64,000 bases of DNA from a virus, in IMG/VR virus record IMGVR_UViG_3300009509_000010, positions 1 to 64,000 of that record. One strand, given 5' to 3'. Below the pieces are notes generated by a model. The model worked only from the letters and a program-made list of their open reading frames with translations. It was not told the origin of the DNA and ran no database searches. This document shows, piece by piece, positions 26,799-36,602 of the stretch; positions within the stretch are counted from its first letter, which is position 1; the number at the start of each line of letters is the position of its first letter. The translations under genes were made by a program, and so were the position numbers.

Positions 26799-27140
26799 GT
26801 GGCACGGGTTAAAGTTCAATTGCGCAACGCATCAAGTTACACCAGCATTTTTGCCAAGGACCGACCTTGGCGGCGTAACGAGGTGCGGTTTTACACCGAT
26901 CCAGCTCGGATCGCGTATTACAAACAACAAGGTGAGTTTGTTTGTACCGACGTGGGTGGCGAGGCCGCGCCGGGTGGTCAACCGGTGGCAGAGGAGCCAT
27001 ATCGGCACACCTACGCCAGCCTAAACCGGTTGACCAAGCCAGAGCTCGTTACCTATGCATCTATGACGCATGGTATCGAGCTTGACGATGAAGCCCGAAA
27101 AGATGACTTGATCACCGCAATTCTCGAGGCCCAAGGTTAG
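26799..27140 (+). CDS. Small protein with C-terminal Rho-N/HeH-like helical motif
   Basis: GGAGGT SD plus GTG; LNRLTKPELVTYA...KDDLITAIL. Confidence 0.6.
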   Translation: MARVKVQLRNASSYTSIFAKDRPWRRNEVRFYTDPARIAYYKQQGEFVCTDVGGEAAPGGQPVAEEPYRHTYASLNRLTKPELVTYASMTHGIELDDEARKDDLITAILEAQG

Positions 27141-27150
27141 GAGGTAGGTC

Positions 27151-27510
27151 ATGCCATTGGTGTCAATCCCTGTTGGGATAGCGCCTTGCCAGATCGACGA
27201 TTTCCCGGCGGAGATCGGGGACGGCGAGGACAAGCGGCCGTTTGAACGCTCTTGCAAGGGGGCCTTGTTTTTGCGGCCCGCGTCAACCAAGGTGCTCTCA
27301 AACGACGAGCTCGAATTTCTGCGATCCGCAAAGCAATACCGCAAGCTAGGGGCTCGGCTCTTGGTGGTTCGGGTTGACGTTGTGCCCGATACGACCAAAC
27401 GGCCCACCGGTATGCGGAAAAAAATGGAGAAGGCAACGCCCCCAACGGCGGCGGTAGTAGCTCCGCCGGTGGCGTCAGATCCGGACGATTACACGGTGGA
27501 TCACGGTTAA
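27151..27510 (+). CDS. Hypothetical protein
   Basis: AGGAGGT SD; in operon. Confidence 0.6.
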   Translation: MPLVSIPVGIAPCQIDDFPAEIGDGEDKRPFERSCKGALFLRPASTKVLSNDELEFLRSAKQYRKLGARLLVVRVDVVPDTTKRPTGMRKKMEKATPPTAAVVAPPVASDPDDYTVDHG

Positions 27511-27563
27511 ACCAAGCCTATCACCGTTTTTCGTGCACCCCGTTTGGCCCCAGGTCCAAGGGA

Positions 27564-27941
27564 TTGCCCGTGCTCGAGATCCATACACGTGACGGACGAA
27601 CCGAAAAAATAGACCTCGCGGATCGAGCCCAAGCCGCTGCTATTACAAGACGCTTTGCCGATCCAAGGTATCAAGCAACTATCACAGGTTTGACGATAAC
27701 CCATTTGGGGGTGCGCTATTCGATGCCCCGTCCTACGGGTTTCGAGCCGGTGGCCTACATGGCCGAGGAGGTGGAGCCAGACCCAAGCCGCAAACTTAAA
27801 GGAGGCCGGCGGGTCGTTTGTCATGCTGGGGAGGTGCGTGCTATCGCAATGATCCACGAGGCCCAACGGGCAGTGCGGATCACTTTGATGCGGTTTGGCA
27901 AGCAGCGTTTTGCCCCCGGTTATGACCCGTTAAGGCAGTGA
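27564..27941 (+). CDS. Hypothetical protein
   Basis: ORF fills the gap in the operon; TTG start. Confidence 0.55.
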   Translation: MPVLEIHTRDGRTEKIDLADRAQAAAITRRFADPRYQATITGLTITHLGVRYSMPRPTGFEPVAYMAEEVEPDPSRKLKGGRRVVCHAGEVRAIAMIHEAQRAVRITLMRFGKQRFAPGYDPLRQ

Positions 27942-27954
27942 GTAGAGGGGGCCA

Positions 27955-28566
27955 ATGGGAACGTCTCTACAACGTCTAGATCAGATTCACAATCCGGACG
28001 TTTACGACGATACTTTACCGAGTCCAACGATAGAGGCCTCGGAAACCGCGGCGGTTACGCTTGCGGATCATAGTAACGCGCTAATCTCCCAGCTCAAAAG
28101 GATATTGCGGGGCGACGAGCCGGGAAACTGGTTTGACGACCCAACCGAGATCGGTCCGGATTTCACCGACGCGTCGTTGGTGGCTTTGGCGGCTCGAGCT
28201 CGATCAACTTTTTTGGGGGTTTGCCCGTCAACGCTCGTGGTGAGTGATTGGGTCTATATCAGCGGCCCAAGTGTAGGTGGAAATTATCAGGTCGATAAGG
28301 TGGACATAGCAAACTTTGACAAGCTACCGGCGGTCGGTGTGATTATCGAGAAACCGACCACCACAACTTGCACAGTCCAATGGCGTGGCGAGGTAACGGG
28401 GCTTGGGTCCTTGGTGCCTCGGCGGGTCTATTTTTTGCAGGATACGGCCAAAATTGGCTTGGCGGTGCCCGCCGAGTCGGGCCAATACGTGCAACGGATC
28501 GGGATGGCTTTAAGCTCCGAGGTGTTGCTCGTGTCAATTAACTCGCATCTAATCAAACGAGCCTAA
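27955..28566 (+). CDS. Putative capsid decoration/cement-like protein
   Basis: C-terminal domain VYI...AVGVI...G...VYFL...VQRIG.A, paralogous to the C-terminus of 29021-30808. Confidence 0.55.
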   Translation: MGTSLQRLDQIHNPDVYDDTLPSPTIEASETAAVTLADHSNALISQLKRILRGDEPGNWFDDPTEIGPDFTDASLVALAARARSTFLGVCPSTLVVSDWVYISGPSVGGNYQVDKVDIANFDKLPAVGVIIEKPTTTTCTVQWRGEVTGLGSLVPRRVYFLQDTAKIGLAVPAESGQYVQRIGMALSSEVLLVSINSHLIKRA

Positions 28567-28578
28567 AGGGATCAGAAA

Positions 28579-28998
28579 ATGACATCTTGGAACGACGAAA
28601 CCGACTTTGAAAACGAAACCGCGAGTGCCGAGGAAACCAACCAAAAAACCGACGAGATCACCACCTCGGTTGAAAAAACCACGGATCCGTTGAACGCGGT
28701 TCAAAAATTGGACCCATTCGAGCTCGAGAGGTTTTGCCGATTGGAGGCCGAGATCAAACTTTGTAACCAAGGAATGCGAATTGTTGATTTGGAATTATTA
28801 GAAATAAAACGAGCTTTGCAAAACAAGTCAAACGAGGCCAGTCAACGACGCCGATACCTAGAAATGGAGCTAAAGGGCAAGTGGAAATTGCAATATGATG
28901 ATCTACTGATGACCATCGCCGCGAAGTACGGCATTTCTGACCCTGCCCACATGTTGATCGATATCGACGTGGGCACAATCCGGGATGCCAGCGTTTAA
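28579..28998 (+). CDS. Coiled-coil hypothetical protein (possible chaperone)
   Basis: Heptad-rich helical sequence. Confidence 0.55.
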   Translation: MTSWNDETDFENETASAEETNQKTDEITTSVEKTTDPLNAVQKLDPFELERFCRLEAEIKLCNQGMRIVDLELLEIKRALQNKSNEASQRRRYLEMELKGKWKLQYDDLLMTIAAKYGISDPAHMLIDIDVGTIRDASV

Positions 28999-29020
28999 GG
29001 TTGGCCCCAAGGAGTAGATC

Positions 29021-30808
29021 ATGGCTGAGCGCAAACCTTTGTTTATGCAAACCTCCGGTTTTAGCGAGGAAATGGCCACCTCCGACAGTATGCAGCTCGG
29101 GGGCCTCACAATGGGCGGTGCCATCGCAATGGGTGGCAATCAACTGTCAAACCTCGGTGCGGCCGATGCATCGGGCGAGGCGTTGGTTTACGGTCAGTCT
29201 AGCGCAAACCTTGCTGATTTGACGCTTGCGAGTAACGGCGATTTGAATCTTTCGGGTGGGGGCGAGGTGTTGGGTTTGCCCAACACCCCAAGCGGCGCCA
29301 CCGCCGCAACGTCAAAGGCTTATGTTGATGGCCTTGTTTCTGGAATCGGTTGGAAAGAATCTGTTGTTACTATGGCCCTAAAGGGCAATGACACAGTTGC
29401 TAATATAAACGGGCTAAGCCCAGCCGCTGGGGATGCCTATGTTGTAACTGATTCTGGCACATTGACCGCGGGGTCACTCGCGGTTGTGGCCGGTGACATG
29501 GCGGAATATAACGGTACGGCATGGGTCAAAATCGTTTCGGCCAGTGGTGGGTTCGTGCCCGCCGGGACCCGGGCGGTTTTGGCTGAGGGGACGATACAGA
29601 GTCCCTACACCGACGCAACCGACAACGACAAAATTGTGGAGTTTTCGGGGTCGAGCAACACGGGAACGGATACCGGGGATACTGTCAACAAAGCTTCGGT
29701 TTTGGTACAAGACGACGCCCACGTGGGTTATTGGGATAACTTGGCGTTTGTTTATGAGGGGACCGTCCCAAGCGGCACGTGGATCCAGTTTACGGGCGCC
29801 GGGGCGATCAATGCCGGTGACGGATTGGTGTATAGCGGAAATACACTTAACGTAAACCCGGGCGACGGTATCGAAATTTTGGCAGACCGTGTTGCGGTAG
29901 ACATAGCGGCGGCCGGGTCCGGAACCGGTGGTTTGCAGCTCACCGGAACCACGCCCACCAAGGAGCTCGAGGTCAAAGCGGGTGACGGTATTCTGCTCGA
30001 CGCAAATGGCGTTGGTGTCGACATTGCAGACACCACCCCCGGTTTACAGCTCACCGGGTCGAGTCCAAACAAGGAACTCGCGGTCCTCGCAAACACGGCG
30101 GCTGGTCTTACGGTTTCCGCTTCCGGTGTCGAGGCAAAACTCGCCACTGCGGGCGTTGGAACCGGCGGTCTCGAGTTTGACGGTTCGGGTGATTTCCAGG
30201 TCAAGGTTAACGGTAGCCAAGGCGTGATATTAACGGCCACCGGTTTGGCGATCGAGATCGACGATACGCCAGACACCCTTGACGTTGACGCCGATGGCCT
30301 AAAGGTTGTTGGTTTACCGTCGCTTTTCAAGGTCAACGACGTTGCCGTGGGTGCGACTGTAACGGCCGCAAACCTTGACACCCTCACCGACGGGTCAAAC
30401 GCCGATGCGCTCCACCTTCATACGGCGGCGGCGGCCACCGAGGCCCCCAAGGTCGAAAACAGTTTGACCACCGCCACCGACACAACGGCGAACGCTGATC
30501 CTGTGTATATCAATGGGTCGGCCACCGTAGGAAAAGCTTTGGCGAACGATGACGCCAAATCAAAAGTGATTGGTGTTATCCGAACGGGCGGCGGAGCGGC
30601 CCCCGCTTCGGTGGAGGTTGTTTCCTTGGGGATCTGTGCGGGCGTTTTGTCTGGCGCAACCCCAGGGGCCGCCTATTACTTGCAAGCTGCGGGCGGTATC
30701 GGGACAGCTCTACCGGGTGCGGGCAATCGCGTGATCCAAGTTGGTTGGGCTTACACCGCAACCGATCTTTGGATTGAGCTCAAGGACTACGGCAAAAAGG
30801 CCGCATAA
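29021..30808 (+). CDS. Putative head fibre / virion fibre protein
   Basis: AATSKAYVD motif, repeated AGDGL/GGL beta units, C-terminal cement-like domain. Confidence 0.7.
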   Translation: MAERKPLFMQTSGFSEEMATSDSMQLGGLTMGGAIAMGGNQLSNLGAADASGEALVYGQSSANLADLTLASNGDLNLSGGGEVLGLPNTPSGATAATSKAYVDGLVSGIGWKESVVTMALKGNDTVANINGLSPAAGDAYVVTDSGTLTAGSLAVVAGDMAEYNGTAWVKIVSASGGFVPAGTRAVLAEGTIQSPYTDATDNDKIVEFSGSSNTGTDTGDTVNKASVLVQDDAHVGYWDNLAFVYEGTVPSGTWIQFTGAGAINAGDGLVYSGNTLNVNPGDGIEILADRVAVDIAAAGSGTGGLQLTGTTPTKELEVKAGDGILLDANGVGVDIADTTPGLQLTGSSPNKELAVLANTAAGLTVSASGVEAKLATAGVGTGGLEFDGSGDFQVKVNGSQGVILTATGLAIEIDDTPDTLDVDADGLKVVGLPSLFKVNDVAVGATVTAANLDTLTDGSNADALHLHTAAAATEAPKVENSLTTATDTTANADPVYINGSATVGKALANDDAKSKVIGVIRTGGGAAPASVEVVSLGICAGVLSGATPGAAYYLQAAGGIGTALPGAGNRVIQVGWAYTATDLWIELKDYGKKAA

Positions 30809-30836
30809 AGCGGTTTGAGCCTCTTGGGGTGATACT

Positions 30837-31424
30837 GTGGATCGGGTCCAGGTTATCAAGCAAGAATCCGCCGCCCTAGGTGGTGACGGGGCCGACGAGA
30901 GGCCTTGGCCGGAACCCATAGCACCCCAAGAGGACGCGCCCGAGGTTGCTGGCGTCTATTTCCAAGACGTCAGCAACCGAGACGAAACCACCCTAATCAG
31001 CCGCAACGGGGATGATATGACGTTTAAAGACGTCAACAACCCCACCCCAAAAACTTTGACTGAAGTGATCGCTGGTAGCGGTGCTTTAACGGAAAGTGCC
31101 CACCGTACCTTGCGCCAGCTTATTCATTTCATTGACTCGGGCCCGGCGGAGGGTTTTGCGAGCGGGGCCTACAAAGAAACGTTACCAGCGGCCGATCCGT
31201 TTCCAACAACCGTTACGTGGTGGGAGAGCTCCGGCAAAACCAAGCGAATAGTCGAAAAAACAATCACCCGCAGCGGCGGCGGAGCAACGGCGGTTACACC
31301 GACCCCGGTGGTTTGGGATATTTACGACACCGACGGAACCACCAAACTTGCCACCGTGAGCGACGCAATCACTTACAGCGGCGTTTTTGAGACGTCGAGG
31401 ACTCGAACCATCACAATCTATTAG
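30837..31424 (+). CDS. Putative virion structural protein
   Basis: Thr/Gly-rich, beta-rich; within the structural operon. Confidence 0.6.
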   Translation: MDRVQVIKQESAALGGDGADERPWPEPIAPQEDAPEVAGVYFQDVSNRDETTLISRNGDDMTFKDVNNPTPKTLTEVIAGSGALTESAHRTLRQLIHFIDSGPAEGFASGAYKETLPAADPFPTTVTWWESSGKTKRIVEKTITRSGGGATAVTPTPVVWDIYDTDGTTKLATVSDAITYSGVFETSRTRTITIY

Positions 31425-31433
31425 GCCAAGCCA

Positions 31434-32603
31434 ATGAATGAATCCCCCGCGGTTGTGCTTTACGATCCAAGTGGTAACGCCATGGCGGTTCAAAATGGCG
31501 TTGCGATCCCAGCCAACACCAAAGGCCTATTGTTGCACGGGCGGGACGGCTCGGGTGATGCTCGAGCGGCTGAGGTTCTAGTTGACGGCTCGATCAACCG
31601 ATTGCGAACCGAGATCCCGCCAAACGTTGTTGATTCCACCAATAGCTCGACCTCGCAACTAGGGGCGAGCGGGTCGTTTGCCCCCGGGGCTGGTACCGAC
31701 GTTTCCGGTTATTCATCGGTAGCGGTAACGGTCCATTCCGACGTTGATAGCGCGGCCGATGGTATGCGGTTTGAATTTTCAATGGACAACACCAATTGGG
31801 ATGACGTTTATAAATTCAACCTAGATGCGTCGAGCTCGCAAACGCGGCGGTTTCAGTTTCCCGTGTGTGCTCAATACTTTCGGGTCAACTATATCAACGG
31901 GGCCAGCGCAACGAGTCAATTTCGGGTTCAGACCATACTACACAAGGAAAATATTCTCACATCGATCCATAGGGTCGACAGTGTAGTTAAAACAGATCGA
32001 TCAGCGCAAATCGTCAAAAGCGCGATCATCGCCCAACGGGAGGGGGCGGCGGTCCAAGACTTTTACCCGGTCCAAAGTGACGTATCGGGTAACCTCAAAG
32101 TGACCACAATCGGCTCAGACATCCCGTCAAACCCGGACGCATTCGTTTTAGTGTATTGCGAAAACGGGGGTAGCTCAAACATGTTAGTAAACGGTTCGGT
32201 TACGCCGGTAAACTTCGAAAAAGGCCCGACGGTTACAGATGAAATATGGTCGATTCGTGAGCTTTTGTTGACCTTTACGGCCGACGATTTTTCTTTTGAC
32301 GGCCTAAGTTTTGGGCCCAACCCTAAAATGACCAACGGATTTGCCATTAAGGTGGTAAAAAACTCAGTGACAACTGAGGTTTTTCGAGTCAAACAAAACG
32401 AGGACTTTTTGAGGGTGCCGGGTCGGACCCCCTTGGTCAACAACACGGGCCCAAAAGATGTGTTAGGGGCCGCACTCTCGTTTCAGGGGTTGGTTCTAAA
32501 TCAAGCCGATGGTGACAAGGTACAAGTTACCGTCAACGATGACCTAACCTCGGTCAAGCTTAAATATCTGACCGCCACCCTATTTGCGGTCAAGGTGGTG
32601 TAA
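31434..32603 (+). CDS. Putative virion structural protein (jelly-roll-like domains)
   Basis: FEFSMDNTNWD...YFRVNYING; C-terminal MLVNGSVTP...NDDLT domain. Confidence 0.65.
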   Translation: MNESPAVVLYDPSGNAMAVQNGVAIPANTKGLLLHGRDGSGDARAAEVLVDGSINRLRTEIPPNVVDSTNSSTSQLGASGSFAPGAGTDVSGYSSVAVTVHSDVDSAADGMRFEFSMDNTNWDDVYKFNLDASSSQTRRFQFPVCAQYFRVNYINGASATSQFRVQTILHKENILTSIHRVDSVVKTDRSAQIVKSAIIAQREGAAVQDFYPVQSDVSGNLKVTTIGSDIPSNPDAFVLVYCENGGSSNMLVNGSVTPVNFEKGPTVTDEIWSIRELLLTFTADDFSFDGLSFGPNPKMTNGFAIKVVKNSVTTEVFRVKQNEDFLRVPGRTPLVNNTGPKDVLGAALSFQGLVLNQADGDKVQVTVNDDLTSVKLKYLTATLFAVKVV

Positions 32604-32606
32604 CCC

Positions 32607-33593
32607 ATGGGATACAAAACGACAGAGGACGGAACCCGGATCGTTGCCAGTCCCGAGTGGGTGTTTGGGCAATTGGCCCTTTCAAGAATCGACGACGGGA
32701 CGGTTGCAATCAATCGGGACGGCTCACCGAGCACGCCCACGATCCTTTGGAACGGCACGGGCGGCGGTGATACCGGTGGGGATTGGACTCGATTGGGCGT
32801 GGGGTCTGAGTCAACGGCGGCGGCGTATTCGGGGACCAACGGGCTCAACACCACGATCACGAGCCAAGACGATGAATCGATCTTTGACAATGGGTCAATG
32901 GTCGACATTGCAGGAACCTACACCCTGTTACAGTTTTGGATCCGGGCGAAAAAATTCCCCACCGGTTCTGAGCCCTTGGTTTTTTGGCGCAACTCCTCTG
33001 ATGTTCAGGTGGGTTTGCAGCTTAAATTGACCAACTACGTTCAAGAGTTTGAAGACGATTGGCAAAGGATGGCCATCCCGATCAGTGATTTTGGGTTGGG
33101 GGCAAACGCTCAAAAACTTGTGTTCAAGTATACCGAAACCGCGGGCCAGCGGTATTTTATTGATGATATTGAGCTGTACTCGGCGGGTGGTCCTTACATT
33201 TTCCAGGCCAAAGCACCGGCCGGGGCGGTGTACCACCTCAAAGACGTGATCTTGACCTTCGCCGAGGAAAACGGGACTTGGAGCTCCTCGGGATTTTCGT
33301 CTATCAGCGGGGGCCTAAACCGTGGTTTGCTGATGCGTCAACGGGTGTTGAGCACGGGCGAGATCTCTTGGCAAATCAACCTAAAAACCAACTTGGTCAT
33401 GTTTGGACGATTGAACGTGATCAATGATGTGTCCTACACCGATTCTCATCAGTTTACCTTGGCCATTGAGCCAAGCCCAGCGGTGATTAACGTGACCGAT
33501 GACCAAGTGGTGGAGGCTGTTTTGCGGGACGATTTAACCGCTATAAACGCGATGCGTTCCTATATCCGTTTTGGTCGGGAGGTTGCGGCGTGA
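32607..33593 (+). CDS. Putative virion protein with inserted carbohydrate-binding-module-like domain
   Basis: LQFWIR...WQRMAIPISDF...FIDDIEL nested in a domain paralogous to the previous gene (...RDDLT). Confidence 0.6.
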   Translation: MGYKTTEDGTRIVASPEWVFGQLALSRIDDGTVAINRDGSPSTPTILWNGTGGGDTGGDWTRLGVGSESTAAAYSGTNGLNTTITSQDDESIFDNGSMVDIAGTYTLLQFWIRAKKFPTGSEPLVFWRNSSDVQVGLQLKLTNYVQEFEDDWQRMAIPISDFGLGANAQKLVFKYTETAGQRYFIDDIELYSAGGPYIFQAKAPAGAVYHLKDVILTFAEENGTWSSSGFSSISGGLNRGLLMRQRVLSTGEISWQINLKTNLVMFGRLNVINDVSYTDSHQFTLAIEPSPAVINVTDDQVVEAVLRDDLTAINAMRSYIRFGREVAA

Positions 33594-34330
33594 CGATTGA
33601 CCTAAACAAGGTGCCACGAAACTCGGACAACAAGCCGTTTATGGTTCCCGTGATTCACCACGATCACGATAAATTCATACATGCGGGAAGCTCCGACGAT
33701 ATCGCCAATGGGGTGCGGTGGGATGGTGACCTATTCGAGCTAATCCGCACCGATTCGGGTGACACGGTTGGGACGTTTCAGTTTTTGGAGTGGGTCCGAA
33801 TCGCGGGCGCACACGTGACTTGCACCGGTAACGCGGTTGGTGACCATGTGCATGGCAAGGTTTATGCGCCCTCGAGTGCATCGGCGGCGAGCTCCAACCC
33901 CGGGGCGGGTGCTTATGACAAGTACAACCTTGGGACGGGTATGAATATGTTCATACCTAACGCCACGCAAACGGGTGATTGGGATCTTGACCTTTCGAGC
34001 AGGCTAAACGCCAATTGCAATATCACCAAGGTTTGCCCGGTGACCGCAGAGGACGGGGCGGGGTTTTTTGACTATGACTCGGACACCGGAAACGTGACCC
34101 TAAACGCGTCGCAAACCGGTGGATACAACCTTTTTGATTTCGATGTGCCTCTGCTTCGAATTATCCCAAAGGCCCCCCTACCGTTTTCGGGGTGGTGGAA
34201 TTTGGCCCCTGCAAACGTGCGGCCCATGTTGCTTTTGCCCCATTGGAAACTCGAGGTGACTTTATCGCGAGCTACGAGCGGTACCGTTTCAGTCAATTGG
34301 ATCTTGATCGTTGAGAGGGCCGAGACGTGA
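33590..34330 (+). CDS. Putative virion structural protein
   Basis: GTGA overlap; beta-rich. Confidence 0.55.
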   Translation: MTIDLNKVPRNSDNKPFMVPVIHHDHDKFIHAGSSDDIANGVRWDGDLFELIRTDSGDTVGTFQFLEWVRIAGAHVTCTGNAVGDHVHGKVYAPSSASAASSNPGAGAYDKYNLGTGMNMFIPNATQTGDWDLDLSSRLNANCNITKVCPVTAEDGAGFFDYDSDTGNVTLNASQTGGYNLFDFDVPLLRIIPKAPLPFSGWWNLAPANVRPMLLLPHWKLEVTLSRATSGTVSVNWILIVERAET

Positions 34331-35190
34331 CAACCGAAAAAACAGCTCTGGTCCTCTCAGGGGGTTCGCGGTTCGGGGCGTGGCAAGTTGGGGTTGCGAA
34401 GCGCCTTTACGAAAAAGGCCTCAAACCCAAGGTGTTTTGTGGGGTGTCCGTTGGTGGTCTCAATGGGGCCCACCTTGCGCAATATGATAGCTCGGTATCA
34501 GGATTGCAGGCGGTTGATGATCTTGTTGACCGGTGGGTGAGCCTTAACACTCGGGACGTTTGGCGTCACCGTTTACCCTTTGGCCTGTTATCGGCCTTGT
34601 GGAAAAAAAGCCCCTATGATTCGAGGCCGTTGGGCCGGTTGATTCGACAATGGTTTGATCCGTTTCGGGTCCGGGCGGCCGAAAACGAGCTTTTCATCGG
34701 CACGGTGTCGTTGCGGTCCGGGCGTTACCATGTTTTTGATCTCGATCATTCTGACCTCCACGCGGTCCTCGAAGCCAGCGCAGCCAACGCCATGTTTGAA
34801 CCGGTGGAGCTCGCGAGCGGCCTTTATGCCGATGGTGGTTTGGTTTGTGCCACACCCCTACGAGCTGCGTTCAATGCGGGCGCAACTCGGATCTTTGTGG
34901 TGTTGACCGAGGCAAATCAAATGCAACAAGCCGATCAGCTCGAGACCTTTTTTGACATTGGGCCGCGACATTTGGCTATTCTATCCCGTAGTGTTTTCGA
35001 ACTCGATCTCGGGTGGGCGCTCGCCGAAAACCGGTTGGCCGAGCGGGGGGACGGTGACAAACGCCACGTTGAGATCAAGGTGATTCGACCTTCGGATCCG
35101 TTAGTCGGTGACCATTTAGATTTTGATCCTGTCAGGTCAAAGGAGCTGATCGGGTGTGGTTACGAGGACGCCAAAAGGGTGGTGGTGTAG
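34327..35190 (+). CDS. Patatin-like phospholipase
   Basis: LVLSGGSRFG oxyanion loop, GVSVG nucleophile elbow, DGG catalytic motif. Confidence 0.92.
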   Translation: MTTEKTALVLSGGSRFGAWQVGVAKRLYEKGLKPKVFCGVSVGGLNGAHLAQYDSSVSGLQAVDDLVDRWVSLNTRDVWRHRLPFGLLSALWKKSPYDSRPLGRLIRQWFDPFRVRAAENELFIGTVSLRSGRYHVFDLDHSDLHAVLEASAANAMFEPVELASGLYADGGLVCATPLRAAFNAGATRIFVVLTEANQMQQADQLETFFDIGPRHLAILSRSVFELDLGWALAENRLAERGDGDKRHVEIKVIRPSDPLVGDHLDFDPVRSKELIGCGYEDAKRVVV

Positions 35191-35194
35191 CTTT

Positions 35195-35551
35195 ATGGTC
35201 GATTGGGTGATCGGTGTGGTGCTCGTGGTTATTGGATTGGCCGATTGGTTTTTTGCGACCTCTCGCATACCACCCACCGCTCGACGTGTGCAGTCTTATA
35301 GCTGGCGGTTGTCGGCCATGCCGTTCGTGTTGGGGGTTACTATAGGCCGGGCTTTTGCTCCACCGTTTGGGCCATCCGAAAACCAGCTCCTTTGGGTCGT
35401 TGGTGCGTTTGTAGGGTTAGGGGTGATGGTGATGGCTTTGCATTGGGTTTTGGTGCGGTTCGCTGACGTGCCCAATTGGTTTAGCTTAATTTACGTGCCT
35501 TGTGGGGTGTTGCCCGGAATGTTGCTTTGGCCGGTTGCGGTGGGGGTGTGA
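35195..35551 (+). CDS. Multi-pass membrane protein (holin-like candidate)
   Basis: Three to four hydrophobic segments in 118 aa. Confidence 0.6.
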   Translation: MVDWVIGVVLVVIGLADWFFATSRIPPTARRVQSYSWRLSAMPFVLGVTIGRAFAPPFGPSENQLLWVVGAFVGLGVMVMALHWVLVRFADVPNWFSLIYVPCGVLPGMLLWPVAVGV

Positions 35552-35552
35552 G

Positions 35553-35867
35553 GTGGCCGAGGTTCGCGAATCGACGATCCGAGCTCTGGCGGGTACCACC
35601 GACGGGCTCAACAAGGTGTTTACCACCCCCACCGAGTTTCAAGCCGGGTCCTTTCGATTGGTTTTGAATGGCCAGCTATACGAGCCGGCGGATCCGATTT
35701 TTGGGTGGACCGAAACTGGTACAAACCAAGTAGTGTTGACCACCGCCCCCCGGGCGGGTGACGTTTTGCAGGCGTTTTACCGCGATTATTTGGGGATTGA
35801 GGTAAGCGGGACGGGTGATGTTATCGTGGGATCGCCATTTTTCCCGGGCGAGATCCCGGGGCCGTAG
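35553..35867 (+). CDS. Small beta-rich virion protein
   Basis: GTTDGLNKVFT...LVLNGQL...TAPRAGDVL..FY module typical of virion proteins. Confidence 0.55.
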   Translation: MAEVRESTIRALAGTTDGLNKVFTTPTEFQAGSFRLVLNGQLYEPADPIFGWTETGTNQVVLTTAPRAGDVLQAFYRDYLGIEVSGTGDVIVGSPFFPGEIPGP

Positions 35868-35875
35868 GAGCCGAA

Positions 35876-36589
35876 ATGCAAGATCTGGAAATTGTCGAGG
35901 TAGTTAAAGCCGTTTGGACCGCCGCTTTTATTAACGATTTGCCTGATAAGGCCTTTGCGGTGGTGTTACCCGGTGGAAAAAAAGATGATCAGGGTAAAAC
36001 GGTGCCTCGGTCGTTGCGAATGCTCCCCCACCACGGGCCAAGCGTAAAGACTCCCGTAGAAAACACCTCAGTGGACTTGCCACACCTTCGCAACGGTTTG
36101 GCCCGTGTGAGCCAAGCTAACATGCCCGAGGACGCCAAACGCCGAGCTCTGGCACACCTTGAGGCCCACGCAAAGGAGCTTTTGACTACAAAAAAACCAG
36201 CAAAAAAAGACGTTCAAAAGGTGCGGATCCAAGTAGAAAAAACCGCGTTGCCCCTCGGTCCAAATCAAGCTTTGCGGGATTTTGCTGCGGAGTTGCGAGA
36301 GGCGGTCGAAGCGCACCTTGAAAGTGCAATCAAAATCAAGTTTGGGTCAACCGACACCAAAAGCGCATCATTTTATCCACATGATATTTTTGGGGATCAC
36401 ATGATCGCCGAGGTCAACCAATGGCAGAAAGGCAAAGGGTCCACCGAAACCTATTGGCTTGTGCCATACGCTCGAGGCGTGGGTGGGTTCGTGTTTGGCC
36501 CACCGGTCGAGGTTGAAAAGCAGATCCAATGGGTCCCAAAAATGCCGATTGAAAAGCGGGCCGGCGGATTATGGTCCAACGTGCTTTGA
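35876..36589 (+). CDS. Head-associated protein (DUF6582-like INDLPDxAFA...HLRNxLAR domain)
   Basis: WTAAFINDLPDKAFA...LPHH...DLPHLRNGLARVSQ; C-terminal WSNVL. Confidence 0.55.
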   Translation: MQDLEIVEVVKAVWTAAFINDLPDKAFAVVLPGGKKDDQGKTVPRSLRMLPHHGPSVKTPVENTSVDLPHLRNGLARVSQANMPEDAKRRALAHLEAHAKELLTTKKPAKKDVQKVRIQVEKTALPLGPNQALRDFAAELREAVEAHLESAIKIKFGSTDTKSASFYPHDIFGDHMIAEVNQWQKGKGSTETYWLVPYARGVGGFVFGPPVEVEKQIQWVPKMPIEKRAGGLWSNVL

Positions 36590-36602
36590 GTAGGGGGCGG
36601 CT

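Noticed and set aside
17061-27526. Shared intergenic 11-mer GCCTATCACCG (17061 and 27516) as a late promoter
   Set aside because: Only two copies; chance 11-mer matches are frequent in 64 kb
34327-35190. CBASS CapV defence island
   Set aside because: No CD-NTase or ancillary genes; the gene is embedded in the late operon
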